NCBI GenBank assembly: GCA_946965045.2
Contig: OX337231.1
Location: forward strand, 1,736,001-1,800,000
DNA from: Epithemia pelagica
Taxonomy: Eukaryota > Protista > Bacillariophyta
DNA length: 64,000 nucleotides
Direction: 5' to 3'
Part shown: positions 9,841 through 23,077 of the stretch, piece after piece
Numbering within the stretch: position 1 is the stretch's first letter
Layout of the letters: each line of letters starts with the position of its first letter
Notes under the pieces: model-generated
Databases searched by the model: none
The model's input: only the letters and a program-made list of their open reading frames with translations
Told to the model about the DNA's origin: nothing
Program-made: the position numbers and the translations under genes

Positions 9841-12454
9841 TTAATTACTCCTACTATTTACGCTGTCGTCGATCAAGTTTAACGTCTCCATTGCGGCGGT
9901 CGTAACTCTTGTTCCAGGGCCAAAGACAGCGCTGCAACTTTTCGTTTCATGCAACAAAAAATTGTAGTCAATCGGTGGAATGACTCCGCCAGCAACAACA
10001 ATTACGTGATCCATTCTCAGGTTCTCTAGCTCAGATTTCAGAGAGGGTAACAGAGCGCGGTGCCCAGCTGCTTGCGAAGATATTCCAATCACGTGGACAT
10101 CAGAATCGAGTGCTTGCAACGCTACTTCTCTGGGTGTTTGGAAAAGCGGCCCAATGTCCACATCAAAGCCAAGATCGGAGAATCCACTGGATATAACTTT
10201 GGCTCCTCGATCATGCCCATCTTGGCCCATCTTTGCAACTAAAATTCGTGGGCGGCGACCGTGCGACTTCTCAAATTCTCTTACTCGTTCGAGCACGGCC
10301 TCATACTCATTCTCAATGTTGAGCTCGTTCTGTTGAGAATGGAAAGCGGATACGTATGCCCCCTGTACAACTGTCGACGCCGCAGTGTGTCGTCCCCACG
10401 CTTTTTCCATTGCAAAAGACATTTCTCCAAGAGTACAACGAGCTGCGGCTGCCTCCACACACAAACTGAGAAGGTTTTCCGGATCATCACCCATACTTGT
10501 ACTGCGTGATGTTATTTGGGCACTTGCCTCTAAACGTCGGAGTACTTCTTGAGCTTGTTGCTCATCTCTGCTCCTTTTCGATTCATCTAATCTAGATATC
10601 TGCTTCTCTCTCACAGCCGTATTGTCAATCTGCAACACATCGATGGCTTCACTTGCTTCCTCATCAGCGCTCAGGCGATACTTGTTGACACCAACAACAG
10701 TTTCTTGTCCTGAATCGATTCGAGCTTGTTTCTTTGTTGCACTCTCTTCAATTCGACGTTTTGCTCTTCCACTTTGAATGTACTTGGTCATGCCACCCAT
10801 TTCCTCCACTTCGTTAATAATCGCCATGGCTTTCTCGGCAACTTCATCTGTAAGACTCTCCATCATGTGGCTCCCACCTGGCATACAAGAGAAAAAAGGA
10901 AAATGAGAAGATGGTCTATCAAAAATACAACTTCGAAACAGAGAATCTTACCCCATGGATCTGCTACATCACACAGCCCCGTCTCCTCTTGTAATATAAG
11001 TTGAGTATTTCGTGCCACTCGGGCTGTTTGAGAGGTCGGGAGTCCCACAGCTTCATCGTACGAGTTGGTATGCAAAGATTGTGTTCCACCCTGGACAGCA
11101 GCCATTGCTTCGATTGTTGTCCGAATGATATTGTTCATTGGTTGGCTCTCTGTAAGAGAGTAACCTGAAGTTTGACAGTGTGCACGTAGCAACAAGCTCT
11201 TCTCATCTTTCGGATTAAACTTCTCCTTTACCAGTTGTGCCCACAATCGCCGAGCGGCTCTCATTTTCGCAATCTAGGAACGTGACCAATGTGAGTCTAT
11301 CTACATTCACACAGAATCTCTATTCTTGTTCTCATACGGTCTGCTTACCTCGGTGTAAAAATTGAGCCCAATTCCCCAGAAAAACGAAAGCCTTGGTGCG
11401 ACCTGATCCACACCCAACTTGGAGACATCGACGGCAGTGCGAAGGTATTCAATACCATCCGCAAGCGTGAATGCCATTTCAAGAATAGCATCAGCTCCTG
11501 CTTCTTGCTATCAGACAGAAACACAAATGTCAATAATGAAGATGTAAATCATCAATTCGAGTTCCATTGTAGACATACCATATGATATCCAGAGATACTG
11601 ATAGAGTTGAAGCGTGGCATGAAATGGGCCGTGAAACCAATAACATCAGCAACCACTCGACTCATACTAGGTTCCGGGGGATAAATGTAGGTATTCCGGA
11701 CCATAAATTCTTTCAGTACATCATTTTGGATGGTACCACGTAATGACTTCATAACTTCAAGACGATCAACGTCGGGGTTCTGCTCGATTGCTGCCTGAAT
11801 GTAGAAAGCCATAACAGGGAGAACCGCACCATTCATCGTCATGGAGACAGACACTTTCTTCAGATCGATTTGGTCGAATAACGTCTCCATATCTAAAAGG
11901 CTATCGATGGGAACTCCCGCCATTCCTACATCACCCGTCACACGATCGTGGTCACTATCGTAGCCTCGATGAGTAGGCAAGTCGAAGGCCACTGATAACC
12001 CTTGTTGACCAGCCGCCAGATTGACGCGATAAAATTTGTTCGACTCTTCAGCTGTCGAAAAGCCCGCATATTGTCGAATCGTCCAAGGTTTGCCTGAAGT
12101 GTACATGGTGGCATAAGGACCACGCGTGAACGGAAAGACCCCTGGCATTTCAGGTTCTGACGAAGACAAGTCATAATACACTGGTTGGATAGCAATGCCT
12201 TCCGGTGTTAGGCGTTCGGTTCTTAAGGAGGCAGTGGATGTGTATTTGGACTGGGCTCTAGCAAGCTCTTTTGCAGCTTTCCCTTCCCATTCTTGAACTG
12301 ATTCTGGAGGAACATACTTGTCAGATTCCGTCGAGAAGCGAGTTAGCGCACGGCGATGAAGAATACGGCGGAAAGGAGAGCTTATCAAGGCCTCTGGATG
12401 CATGCGTCGTCCGGTACGCCTTCCCAGATATGTTGGTAGGAACATCATGTTCAT
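9841..12454 (-). CDS. MUT: Methylmalonyl-CoA mutase (B12-dependent), 4 exons
   Basis: [32 protein letters not shown]12-binding [15 protein letters not shown]; introns 11508-11578, 11274-11348 and 10878-10951. Confidence 0.97.
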
Positions 12455-12969
12455 TGTGGAGATTTCTGTGTTTCGGTTGAAGTGGCCTTCTCAGTCAAGA
12501 GAAAAATGTCATCAATCGCTTCAAAGTCGCACTTTGTCTCTTCTCATCGTGAATTAGATACACCATAGACCCAATAGATTTGAAATAGAGACAAACGTAG
12601 GAGGAGTTTGAAGAATGCGGGTCAACGATTATCTTTAATCGACCATCTTAGCAAGCATGGGAAAACATGAGCCAGATTCAAAGCGCCAGAGAATTGACGA
12701 AACCCCCTTAATAAGACGGGAGCTTATCGGCATAAGAGGGACCAATTGCAGTTGAACGAATCGGTTCCATGTCTCTTTATGTCAGGGAAGGTCGTCCGAA
12801 TCCGACTTCCCTGTTATCATTGAGTACTAATATCAAAAGTCTGCGTAATATGTAGAACACCTGTGAAATTGAAGGAGATCATGTCGTTGTCCTGATGTCG
12901 GACGAGTGAAGCGTGCGATGGGCTTTGTCCGATTCCTTCTGCTTGTGAAATAATGAAACATTCTCTACG

Positions 12970-14118
12970 CTACGCCATGTCCACTTCTGTTCCAATTGCA
13001 CGTTCCATTGCTTTTTGTACGACAAGATCTGCCGTCAAGATATCTTGAATGGCCGTGCCAACAGACTTGAACAGAGTGCAGTCCACCGACGATGTGTCAC
13101 TTTCACGCGGAAAACATGCTTGCACAAAGGCTGGCCGGTCCAAGGTTCCATCATGTTTTTCTGCATCCATGAGCGCTTGTCCTACAAGCGTCACAGGATG
13201 GGACATAGTTAAATGCTTTAGATCACCAACAGTCCTTGCATCTGGTGTGTCCATAAGGACACGACAACGATTCACAGCGGCTATGGAGAGTTCTTGCATA
13301 TCGGGCGTGTAGGAACCCACTCCACAGAGATGTGTTCCTGGCTTCAACAGGTTGCCATCAAAGAGAGGTGTGGTAGTATTGGTCGCTGTTATGACAACAT
13401 TGCTTTGGGAAAGTGTTTGAGCGACAGCATCGGTGTCCGATAAGGATACGACGTGGACAGTCAGAGCCCATTCCGAAGGGATTTCTGATTGCAACCGTTG
13501 AGCAGATGATGTTGTCCGATTGACAATGGTAAGATGCGGGATGTGTGTTCCCATAGCGGTCGCTAGAGCATGGATATGAAGTTTGGCCTGTAGACCCGCG
13601 CCAAAGACGGTTACGTGTACAATATCCCTCACGTCTTTCACAAGAACAGTCGATAAAGCCGATCCAGCGGCAGTCCGAGCTGCTGTCAAATAGGTGGCGG
13701 CCACCACGGATCGTATTTGACCGGTTTCTGCATCAACAGACAAGATTGTGGCCGGTACCAAGGGCAAGCCCTTGGATGGATTATTAGAACGAATGGAAAC
13801 AAGTTTCATTCCCATGTTCTGGGTACATCGGTCATACGGCTCTTTTCCCTCTTGCGGATGAGTGAGAGCTGCAGGCTTGAAGAGCGTCCAATCGGCAGCT
13901 TCTTCTTTTGTCTCTGTACCCGCCGATGACACTGGACTTGATGGAGGGAGGTATTGAAGACCCAACCGTGTTGGAACTTGAGCATCCCCGTTGGCGACTG
14001 ATTTGAGAGCTTTACGATTCACTTCTAGACAGTCCCTCATCAGCAAGCATTCTTTCACATTTTGCTCCGATAATAAAAGCATGGCGTTCCGTCCAAGACG
14101 TGCTACGGTGCTTCTCAT
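12970..14118 (-). CDS. Ornithine cyclodeaminase / mu-crystallin family
   Basis: LTAARTAAGSA, VFGAGLQA, GVGSY.P.MQE and TLFKSVGTAIQD motifs. Confidence 0.92.
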   Translation of the reverse strand: MRSTVARLGRNAMLLLSEQNVKECLLMRDCLEVNRKALKSVANGDAQVPTRLGLQYLPPSSPVSSAGTETKEEAADWTLFKPAALTHPQEGKEPYDRCTQNMGMKLVSIRSNNPSKGLPLVPATILSVDAETGQIRSVVAATYLTAARTAAGSALSTVLVKDVRDIVHVTVFGAGLQAKLHIHALATAMGTHIPHLTIVNRTTSSAQRLQSEIPSEWALTVHVVSLSDTDAVAQTLSQSNVVITATNTTTPLFDGNLLKPGTHLCGVGSYTPDMQELSIAAVNRCRVLMDTPDARTVGDLKHLTMSHPVTLVGQALMDAEKHDGTLDRPAFVQACFPRESDTSSVDCTLFKSVGTAIQDILTADLVVQKAMERAIGTEVDMA

Positions 14119-14313
14119 GGTCTAATTTATCAAAGAAAAAATGACATCGAAAGGGTTCCACGTGGAAGCATCATTGTGTGAACGCGCGTACGTGGTGGTT
14201 ATCCCACATTTCCCTCATTTCTTTCTCTCCATTGATGAGATCGGCATCTTCAAGACAGGACGCCACATTCCTCGGTTCATTCAAGTGTATGGAAGACAAA
14301 AGGTGACCTGATC

Positions 14314-15435
14314 ATGCACTGGAATGGCATTATTTCGCCCATCTTTACTGCATTCGTGACGACGGGGAACCGTGTGACGAAGGGCAGTTGTTTGCTGGAA
14401 AGTGCTTGGAACGAAGAGCTGCCGCCGTCGATCCGGGTCGACCAATCCAAGTACAACTCGCTCCTCGATTGGGTAAAATCGAAGGAAGGTTCTTTCATCC
14501 ACCCGGCCATAACGATCGCTCCTTCTGAGCTCGGGGATGGATACGGTGTTTATGTAACCGACGCTGTCTCGGAAGGTGAAATTCTCTTCTCGATACCAAG
14601 ATCAGCTTGTGTCACAGTAGAAGACGCCACAAACGATCCAGAATGCGGAAAGACTTTCAGAACATTGATTGACAAAGCTGGTCCAGGTGGAAACACGGTG
14701 GTGTTGGCTGGATTCCTTGCACGTGAGCGGTTGCGATCCCTCGACCACAAGAAATCTCCTGAGACGGTCGAAAATAGTTCCTTCGGACCCTACTTGGAAA
14801 CACTACCCTGGGAGCAGGGAATCAACAATCAACAACATATTCTGTTCTGGGACGAGGAGAAAGTGAATAGCTTGTTGCCTGGATCAATGTGTTTGGATGA
14901 AGCTGAAACATTGAGGGCAGAAGTTGACCTCGCTATTAAAGTAATAAATGGAATTGTCGGGCGTTCGATTCGAAAATGGAGAGGGGACGGGACACCCGAA
15001 GGTTTTCAGTGGCCCTGGGAAGCGGCTCTTGCAGCGGCGGAAAACAAGGAGATTGTTGACCAATTACCCGAGGCTGTGAAAGGCGCTTTTGTGTCGCTCC
15101 TGACACGATCATTCCAAGACAGCATATCGCAAACTGGACAAGGAGCAGACGATCCCGAAAAACTTGTACCCCTATTGGATCTCTTGCAACACGTGGACGA
15201 ACCAAACATTTCACATTTCATGAAGGCGGATACAGGTGAAGTGCAAGTGGTTGCGAGGCAGTCATTAGCAGAGGGTGAAGAACTTCTGAATCAATACAGA
15301 TCGGAAATGGAAGAAACCATGCCCTATCACCGTTTCTTCACACGGTTTGGTTTTGTCCCGGGCATAGATGAACCAATGGAGAACTTATTTCTCGACAAGT
15401 CGTCAATCTTCTTCGCGCAAAAAGCTGAAGTCTGA
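14314..15435 (+). CDS. SET-domain lysine methyltransferase (Rubisco LSMT-like); start uncertain
   Basis: GYGVYVT..VSEGEILFSIP, FGPYLETLP, LVPLLDLLQH, EELLNQY and RFGF motifs. Confidence 0.85.
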   Translation: MHWNGIISPIFTAFVTTGNRVTKGSCLLESAWNEELPPSIRVDQSKYNSLLDWVKSKEGSFIHPAITIAPSELGDGYGVYVTDAVSEGEILFSIPRSACVTVEDATNDPECGKTFRTLIDKAGPGGNTVVLAGFLARERLRSLDHKKSPETVENSSFGPYLETLPWEQGINNQQHILFWDEEKVNSLLPGSMCLDEAETLRAEVDLAIKVINGIVGRSIRKWRGDGTPEGFQWPWEAALAAAENKEIVDQLPEAVKGAFVSLLTRSFQDSISQTGQGADDPEKLVPLLDLLQHVDEPNISHFMKADTGEVQVVARQSLAEGEELLNQYRSEMEETMPYHRFFTRFGFVPGIDEPMENLFLDKSSIFFAQKAEV

Positions 15436-15858
15436 GAACACACGCTTCGTTGGGAGACTTTATCTGGTGTTTTGAGGCGACCAATACGACACGGCCTTTT
15501 GTTGATGATCATCAAACACCATCTTCCTATGTTCTTGTTCGTACTTTTTAGATCCTAAAACACTGGAGAGGAAACATAAATTGTCGGAGATGAATTTTAT
15601 GTGTGGAGGGAAAAATGATTAGGTCTCGTACCCGGTATATTGGTCTTGTGCGTCTGAAGTGTGCGTCCAGTCATATATATCATTAAAGTATATGGAGGAG
15701 TAATAAGTTTGTCTTGTCGTACTATTGAGTGAAAAAGGAACGGGGGCTTCGTATACCGTTTACGATGCCATTGTAGTTCCAAATGATACACGTCTTAGTT
15801 TGTCATCATCCTTGATTTGCTATCAAGGGATCGTCGTCTCGGATGTCTGGAAATGAGC

Positions 15859-16911
15859 TTAAGAATCCGTATCACTGGGTGAGACATCCTCTTCCTCGAC
15901 ATCGACTTCCGAGCCAGGAATCGTTTCCGAAATATCGACAGGTTCAATGTCGACGATTTCTTCGTCATCTTCAACTTCCTCTGCAATGTTGACCTTGATA
16001 GTTGGTACATCTGATCTAACAAAGACTCGAAGTTGTTCCACGCCGCGAAAGAGCTTGCCTCTGCTGATACGGATGTCGTCATCGACAAACGTTGTCTCAA
16101 ACTCAGCAGAATTGGGATCAAGGAACTCTCCCAAGTTCGGAATATTAAAACCAGCAATGTCTTTTCCATTAGGATCAAGAACTTGTGATGTTCCAGCCAC
16201 ATTCAACACCACGGATTCCAATGTGATTTTCGTTTGGAGCGGAATTTCGCTTAAAATTTTGGCCTTGTGAATCAGAACCACCTTGGATTTGCTTACTGAT
16301 AACGGGTTTAGATTGACGGCCCTCAATTGCTCTGGAATCTCTGAAGTCACAACATCCCCCAGTTGTTCAGGAGGCTCGAATTCCAAAATAATGTCCACGC
16401 GATCAATGACACCGTCATTGTTGGTTGATCGAATCTTTTGCTGGACTACCAAGTACTTGTTAGACACGTCCAAGAAATTGGAGCGGATCTTCTTGATCGG
16501 ATCAGACAAGTAAGCCGGAAAGGAGTCTAGTTTGGATGGGTCAAAGCCCTGTTGATTCGTGGATGTTGAGACCAACAAAGTCCAATTCCCCAAAAACTTT
16601 GATGTGCCTGTCGAGTCCACGCTCGATGTACTTTCAAGTTCTTCCACTGCTGCTTTCAATTCGTCTTTGCCCGGCTTGCTGAACAGGAGAAAACCATTCT
16701 CTGCCTTGAGCTTCTCACCAATTTCCATCAAGTTTGCTTTGGCGCTGCTGACACTGACTTTTTCAACATCGGAAGGAGCCTCTACATCCACCGAAGAAAA
16801 AAGTCGAAACTGATGATGCCGAACTTGGCCAGATAGACTAGAAAATGCAGTGGTAACATCGAATGCGTAAAGCAAAGACGTTCCAATCGCCAGAAAACTT
16901 GCAATCTTCAT
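15859..16911 (-). CDS. PAP/fibrillin (plastid lipid-associated) family protein
   Basis: Signal peptide ending TTA-F; L.AAVEELE, LGNWTLL.S and FETTFVDDDIRISRG motifs. Confidence 0.85.
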   Translation of the reverse strand: MKIASFLAIGTSLLYAFDVTTAFSSLSGQVRHHQFRLFSSVDVEAPSDVEKVSVSSAKANLMEIGEKLKAENGFLLFSKPGKDELKAAVEELESTSSVDSTGTSKFLGNWTLLVSTSTNQQGFDPSKLDSFPAYLSDPIKKIRSNFLDVSNKYLVVQQKIRSTNNDGVIDRVDIILEFEPPEQLGDVVTSEIPEQLRAVNLNPLSVSKSKVVLIHKAKILSEIPLQTKITLESVVLNVAGTSQVLDPNGKDIAGFNIPNLGEFLDPNSAEFETTFVDDDIRISRGKLFRGVEQLRVFVRSDVPTIKVNIAEEVEDDEEIVDIEPVDISETIPGSEVDVEEEDVSPSDTDS

Positions 16912-18100
16912 TGTTGATCGTGTTGACGTAGGGACAGTAGGGAGGTGTCAAGAAGTAAGCCTTCTGTGATACGATGAGGCAAACAGTGAACGGCGTTGGA
17001 ATTTGGAATGTCTCTCCACCGCTACTGCGGCGTTGATCCAGCTCACACCTTCTCCAGTCTCCCTATTCTAAATCCAACCAGTTGTTTCACAGATTTTCCA
17101 AACACAAAATGAAAAAATGGAAGGCTTTTTGATTGGTTCTGCAATGGTTGGACATCGCGGAGTGTCTCCAGCGCAGATGTTCCGCCAAAGCAGGGAAAGA
17201 GAATAGAGAATTTGAGCAGAACTTGAAGTTCTGTGGATTTGGTGGTTCTTGGGTCGCTCATAAAAACTACAGCCCCCTACTTGCACAAGTAGCAAGTAGC
17301 TACGCACTCCTAGCGTACTCCTTTAGCTAGAGAGTGATTGATCACCTATTCCTAACTGGATTACTCAACGAGTCGACCGACCGTGCATCTCCAGAGTTTC
17401 TGGAGAGAAAACACATTCCAAAACATCTCTCGCACTCCTATCTCCTATGCCAATCACCATTATTTTTTAGATTTATTTCCATCATACTTGGTCCTTACCT
17501 GCTGCACCTGCACGGTCTCCGTAAAAACATGGTCAACTTATGTTATGGCAACTCGAGAACAGACACGAAAGAACAGAGTTGATGCGAGTCCCTATTGTGT
17601 GAATGAAGAAGATGCGGAATATGGAACTCTTGGTTCTTCTGGCGGGATCTTCTATTTCCATGTTGCCCGGGTGTTGGTTACTGGTTCTTGGTGTTGGTTC
17701 TAAATTGTGGCCTTGAACAATAAAAAAGTCTCTCCTGGCTCGACGTGACGGCGAAAGTTGGTGATCCATTCTCATTTTGAAATATTATGGCAGTGGGCCG
17801 TAATTGGTAAAATGGAGATTGTTCGCGAGATCGGACTATAGTTGACCTCGCGTGGCAGTTGGACGAAGTATTGTACCATAATTATGTGAGGACATGCTCG
17901 CGTGTAAAATATACCCACAAAAATATCTACACACGTCTCACATCGATTGTTCCATACTCCGTCGGCCAACTGTTTCCTGCAACCGACCCGCAATTTTCCG
18001 TGACGGGTGAGTCGAAAGGCAATAGAATAATAGCGATCAGGATAGACCTATCAGTCGTTTGTCGTGTTCAATCTACATATCCGGATCCGGATCAACGACA

Positions 18101-19690
18101 ATGATTCAAGTTCTTTGTTGTGGGAGGAAAAGACGGTCCAACGCTCTTGCCAGATTGGGCGAGGAATCCTTTAGCCACCCCCTTCATGACGATTGGATGA
18201 CAACTCCAGCACTCCTTTCTACAGATGATACCCAAGAACTATTTGTCACCCTCGTCGAAACAGCGAAGCGATGGATAGAGGAAGAACAGATTCAAGGAAA
18301 TCCCGTCCTTTTTGCTGGGCTATTGTCAAACCAAGCCTTCACGTGCGTTGCGTTGCACGTCCCTACAACTTTGAATGATCTGAGATCGATGGGCCAGTTT
18401 GATCCTGAAGTCCTTGCAACGTATGGAGAACGCATTGTGCGTATTGTGCAGGTTTTTGTTGAGAAAAATAACTTGAAACAAGTTTTATGGGACGATTGTC
18501 ACGAAGTGGCATCATCATCCGGGGCACCATGGCCAAAGCTGGAAAGAAAAGTTCCACCATGCCTACTTCCGAAGGCATGCATTGTTGAGCTGGAGCTTTT
18601 ATTGGAAGAGCTTTCTTCGCGATGGGCGAACAAAGATAAGCGCATCAGAAAAAAGTCGAAAGTGGAATTGGAATTTATATCTCATGATGCACTAAAGAGT
18701 ATTGCATTTCATGCACCAACAACCGTTGAGCATCTGCGAGCCATTGGATCGCTTAATGACAGCATTGTACGGGATCACGGGGATCGTCTTGTTCTGGCCG
18801 TTCAGATGATCTTGACAAAGAATGCGATGCAGAATGAGTTAGGTTCGACGCTTCTGCGTCAATCTGTCATTTTTGATGTGCCGTTGACGCCTGCGTCTTC
18901 GGTTGAATCTGGGTTGACACATCCGTCAACACCATCATCTTCGTTTTCGGGACGATCCGGTTCGTTGGAAGAGCGTTCGCAAGAAGCCGCACAAGAGCTT
19001 GTGGATGTGCTGAAGGTACTGGCTTTGAACTGGGCCGAAGAAGAACGAATTCTTACAGGGAAGTCGGTCTACTGCTGGGACATCCTCTCTGATGAATCTA
19101 TCAAGTGCATTGCCTCTCACAGCCCATCTTCTATGGCACATTTACAATCAATCTGGCAGGCAAACCCTGAAGTTATGGCTGAGTATGGGCCTAGAATTCT
19201 AGCCGTTATCAACAGTGTTCTCGAACGATTTGAAATCGAGTCAGATGATGGCGAAGACTCTCCTTCAAAGAATGTAGACATTGACGAGCTGGAGATGAGC
19301 AACAAAGGATCTCTCATGGTTTATGGGTCAAATCCGAAAGCTGTTCTGCCCGAGCACTTAACCCGAGAGCTGTTCTATGTCCTTAAGACTTTGAGGAAGA
19401 ACTGGGCTGATGAGGAGCGACTCTTTTTGGGACGTCCAGTGCGGGCAAAAGACCTTATATCACGAGACGCCTTGCAAGATATCTCTTTGCAAGCGCCCAC
19501 TACAGTGGAACATTTGAAGAAAACTGGGATATTGAAGGAAGACACGGTAAAAGAATACGGAGTTCGTATAGTTGCTGTGGTTCAAATGTTCCTCGAAATG
19601 AGGGAGATGAATAGCGACAAAATGCAACCTTCAAGATGGGAACGACAAGAGATTATGATGTCGCCTGACACGAAACGAAGTGGCTATTAA
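18101..19690 (+). CDS. Stand-alone protein with four tandem HRDC-like domains
   Basis: Four units of L...L..L...WA.EE......V....IS.DAL..IA..APTT.E.L.......V..YG.RI..V; no helicase motifs seen. Confidence 0.75.
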   Translation: MIQVLCCGRKRRSNALARLGEESFSHPLHDDWMTTPALLSTDDTQELFVTLVETAKRWIEEEQIQGNPVLFAGLLSNQAFTCVALHVPTTLNDLRSMGQFDPEVLATYGERIVRIVQVFVEKNNLKQVLWDDCHEVASSSGAPWPKLERKVPPCLLPKACIVELELLLEELSSRWANKDKRIRKKSKVELEFISHDALKSIAFHAPTTVEHLRAIGSLNDSIVRDHGDRLVLAVQMILTKNAMQNELGSTLLRQSVIFDVPLTPASSVESGLTHPSTPSSSFSGRSGSLEERSQEAAQELVDVLKVLALNWAEEERILTGKSVYCWDILSDESIKCIASHSPSSMAHLQSIWQANPEVMAEYGPRILAVINSVLERFEIESDDGEDSPSKNVDIDELEMSNKGSLMVYGSNPKAVLPEHLTRELFYVLKTLRKNWADEERLFLGRPVRAKDLISRDALQDISLQAPTTVEHLKKTGILKEDTVKEYGVRIVAVVQMFLEMREMNSDKMQPSRWERQEIMMSPDTKRSGY

Positions 19691-19802
19691 TGATATCACA
19701 TAATATTGCTAGGGGGTCAATGGGAAAATTATGTATCGGTTCGACCTAGGTATGCATACTCCTCTCCAGGAGAAGCTAAAATAATAGGGGTAGCTCACGT
19801 AC

Positions 19803-20828
19803 ATGCCCATAATTCGAAGCAGCGAAAATGTTCAAGTTTGTTTTATTCCAGCAAATGCCAAGCTACCCATCGAAGAAATAACAGCAGATGGAGCTGGTGG
19901 ATTATCTGATGATGCATTGGTGAAGCATGCGAAGGAATACCTCAGTGAGTTGACAGGTGCAAAATCGAGAGCAGAAATCATTGCAAACGCAAGTACGGAA
20001 CAACGAAAAGTCTTAGCGCAACAAGTGCGCGACCAAATGAAAGATACCATAGGTAACAGCGACATAGACGATGATGCCCTACTGGACACAATTTACAGAA
20101 ATCAATCTCGGGGCTCTTGTGATATAACCGCTTTGACAGTGCCAGTTTCTGGTAACAATTACAATGCAGTATCGCTGTACGCTGCCGACCAAGCGAAGGA
20201 GTCAGGACTACCGCTGAATCATCGTGCTACATCCATTGTGACTGCGTGTGGACACGCTATCAGTAACGGTGGAATATACGGTGATGCGTTTGTCGGACGT
20301 GCCGAAGACAACGAAGTTGCGGACATTTGGAGACGCATTGACTTCGGGATTTCGGATGCGGACCCCGCTGCTGAATGGTGCCGAATTGCCCGAAGTCCTT
20401 CTGGTGGAGGGGGTACCGGAGGCAAAGCCGCTGCTTCGTCGCTGTCAAGCCTCATGAATTCTGGCAATGCGGTGCAGTCAATTGATACGTCAACATCAAA
20501 TACAGCCACTATGTACGGTGAAAATGGTGCACCACCTGTCCAGGAGGCCTGGGGAAGTTGGACACAATCTAAAGAAGACATCGAGCTGGTATTTCAAGTT
20601 GAAGTTGGGACGAAGGCAAAAGATTGTGAGGTAAAATTTCGTACGCAACAAGTAAGAGTTGCAGTGAAAGGGAAAAGTCTTTTGGAAGAAAACTCTTTTC
20701 TTTTCGATCCCATAACTCCAGAAGATTGCACTTTCACTCTTCAAGACGCAAAGGATCATCGGGAACTAGCAGTGACATTGACGAAGGTTAATCCAAGGAC
20801 TTGGGCATGGGTAATTCGAAAGACATAG
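19803..20828 (+). CDS. CS/p23 (NudC-like) domain protein
   Basis: C-terminal WTQSKEDIELVF...VKFRTQQVRV...LFDPI..EDCTFTL.D...L.VTLTK. Confidence 0.8.
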   Translation: MPIIRSSENVQVCFIPANAKLPIEEITADGAGGLSDDALVKHAKEYLSELTGAKSRAEIIANASTEQRKVLAQQVRDQMKDTIGNSDIDDDALLDTIYRNQSRGSCDITALTVPVSGNNYNAVSLYAADQAKESGLPLNHRATSIVTACGHAISNGGIYGDAFVGRAEDNEVADIWRRIDFGISDADPAAEWCRIARSPSGGGGTGGKAAASSLSSLMNSGNAVQSIDTSTSNTATMYGENGAPPVQEAWGSWTQSKEDIELVFQVEVGTKAKDCEVKFRTQQVRVAVKGKSLLEENSFLFDPITPEDCTFTLQDAKDHRELAVTLTKVNPRTWAWVIRKT

Positions 20829-20979
20829 TATCTAGTATCATCACTATGTTATGACGAAAACATTACTACCAATAAACAATACTTTCATTCGGCACTCTAC
20901 TCTGACGATGTTTCCGACGAAACCGGGGTAGAGGTAGAAGAGGAGCCAGGCATTGCTAAGAAAGGAGAGATCAATAGTT

Positions 20980-21016
20980 TCTTTGTTGGAAGGGTGGATC
21001 TAAAAAGATCCTGTTT
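20980..21016 (-). terminator. Histone H3 3' stem-loop plus CAAAGA downstream element
   Basis: Minus strand reads AAACA GGATCT TTTT AGATCC ACCCT (stem 21011-20996); CAAAGA at +11 (20985-20980). Confidence 0.85.
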
Positions 21017-21059
21017 TGTTTTTTAGTCAATGAAACAGACTGATTGGTTTGTAACGCAT

Positions 21060-22376
<1,317 letters not shown>

Positions 22377-22421
22377 ACATTTGACCGTCAGAAACATGAG
22401 AGATTAATGCATCTCCAACCA

Positions 22422-22457
22422 AAACAGGATCTTCTTAGATCCACCCATTGGCAAAGA
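22422..22457 (+). terminator. Histone H4 3' stem-loop plus CAAAGA downstream element
   Basis: AAACA GGATCT TCTT AGATCC ACCCA (stem 22427-22442); CAAAGA at 22452-22457 (+10). Confidence 0.85.
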
Positions 22458-22588
22458 CACGGTGCAGATGCATCAATTCCTCTGTATTCTATTCCTTCTG
22501 CTATAACTTTGGTTGTGTGACCCTTGGGTTTTGAAGACATAGCACCAGTACTATGGCAATGGACAATCTATGTCTACAATACTTTTTC

Positions 22589-22633
22589 ATAGCTCATCTT
22601 TGTTGCTCTCTCCAAGGAAAACTCGATCTAGGA
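22589..22633. repeat. 45-bp direct repeat, copy A (orphan copy of the esterase 3' end)
   Basis: 41/45 identical to 25247-25291; the minus strand reads LDRVFLGESNKDEL followed by TGA. Confidence 0.9.
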
Positions 22634-23077
22634 TCCAGATCTTTATTGGAAAGAAAGCTCTTGATTTCGATATTTTCGTTTGCATTTATTCGCAAAGTTT
22701 TCCCGGAAGCAAGTGGTGTATGAGAGAACTTGACATTGCAGTTGGGCATCGGAAGGAGATTTTGCCAATTTATCTTGACGGGTCGGTGCCACCAGACTCA
22801 GTGTCAGGTGCCACCAGACTCAGTGTCAGGTGCCACCAGACTCAGTGTCAGCTAATGATCTATCAAGGGAGACGTCTCTGCGGAATGGGAGCGTTGTGCA
22901 TGTCTCCTCCGACACTTGGATGGTCGGTCGATCCGCCACAATCTTAGAAAAGGTTACAATCTTTTGTCAAAGAGGGAAATTGCGCAAGAAATGGAGAAGA
23001 TGATGTTGACGCTGAAAGGCGTTGATATTGATACGGATAGTGGCGAAATTGAAATCTACGGCCTTTATTTTGATTAG
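22634..23077 (+). pseudogene. Degenerate TIR-domain remnant
   Basis: DIFVCIYSQSFPGSKWCMRELDIAVGHRKEILPIY resembles the TIR betaC-alphaC (S.WC..EL) and betaD elements. No credible start; frame disrupted by the 22-bp triplication and stops. Confidence 0.65.
22785..22850. repeat. Perfect tandem triplication of a 22-bp unit
   Basis: GGTGCCACCAGACTCAGTGTCA x3 (22785-22806, 22807-22828, 22829-22850). Confidence 0.97.

Noticed and set aside
17043-17330. Short ORFs on both strands upstream of the fibrillin gene
   Set aside because: No motif support for any frame.
22785-22850. CRISPR-like array
   Set aside because: The units are contiguous with no spacers, the context is eukaryotic and there are no cas genes; the same applies to 34417-34524.
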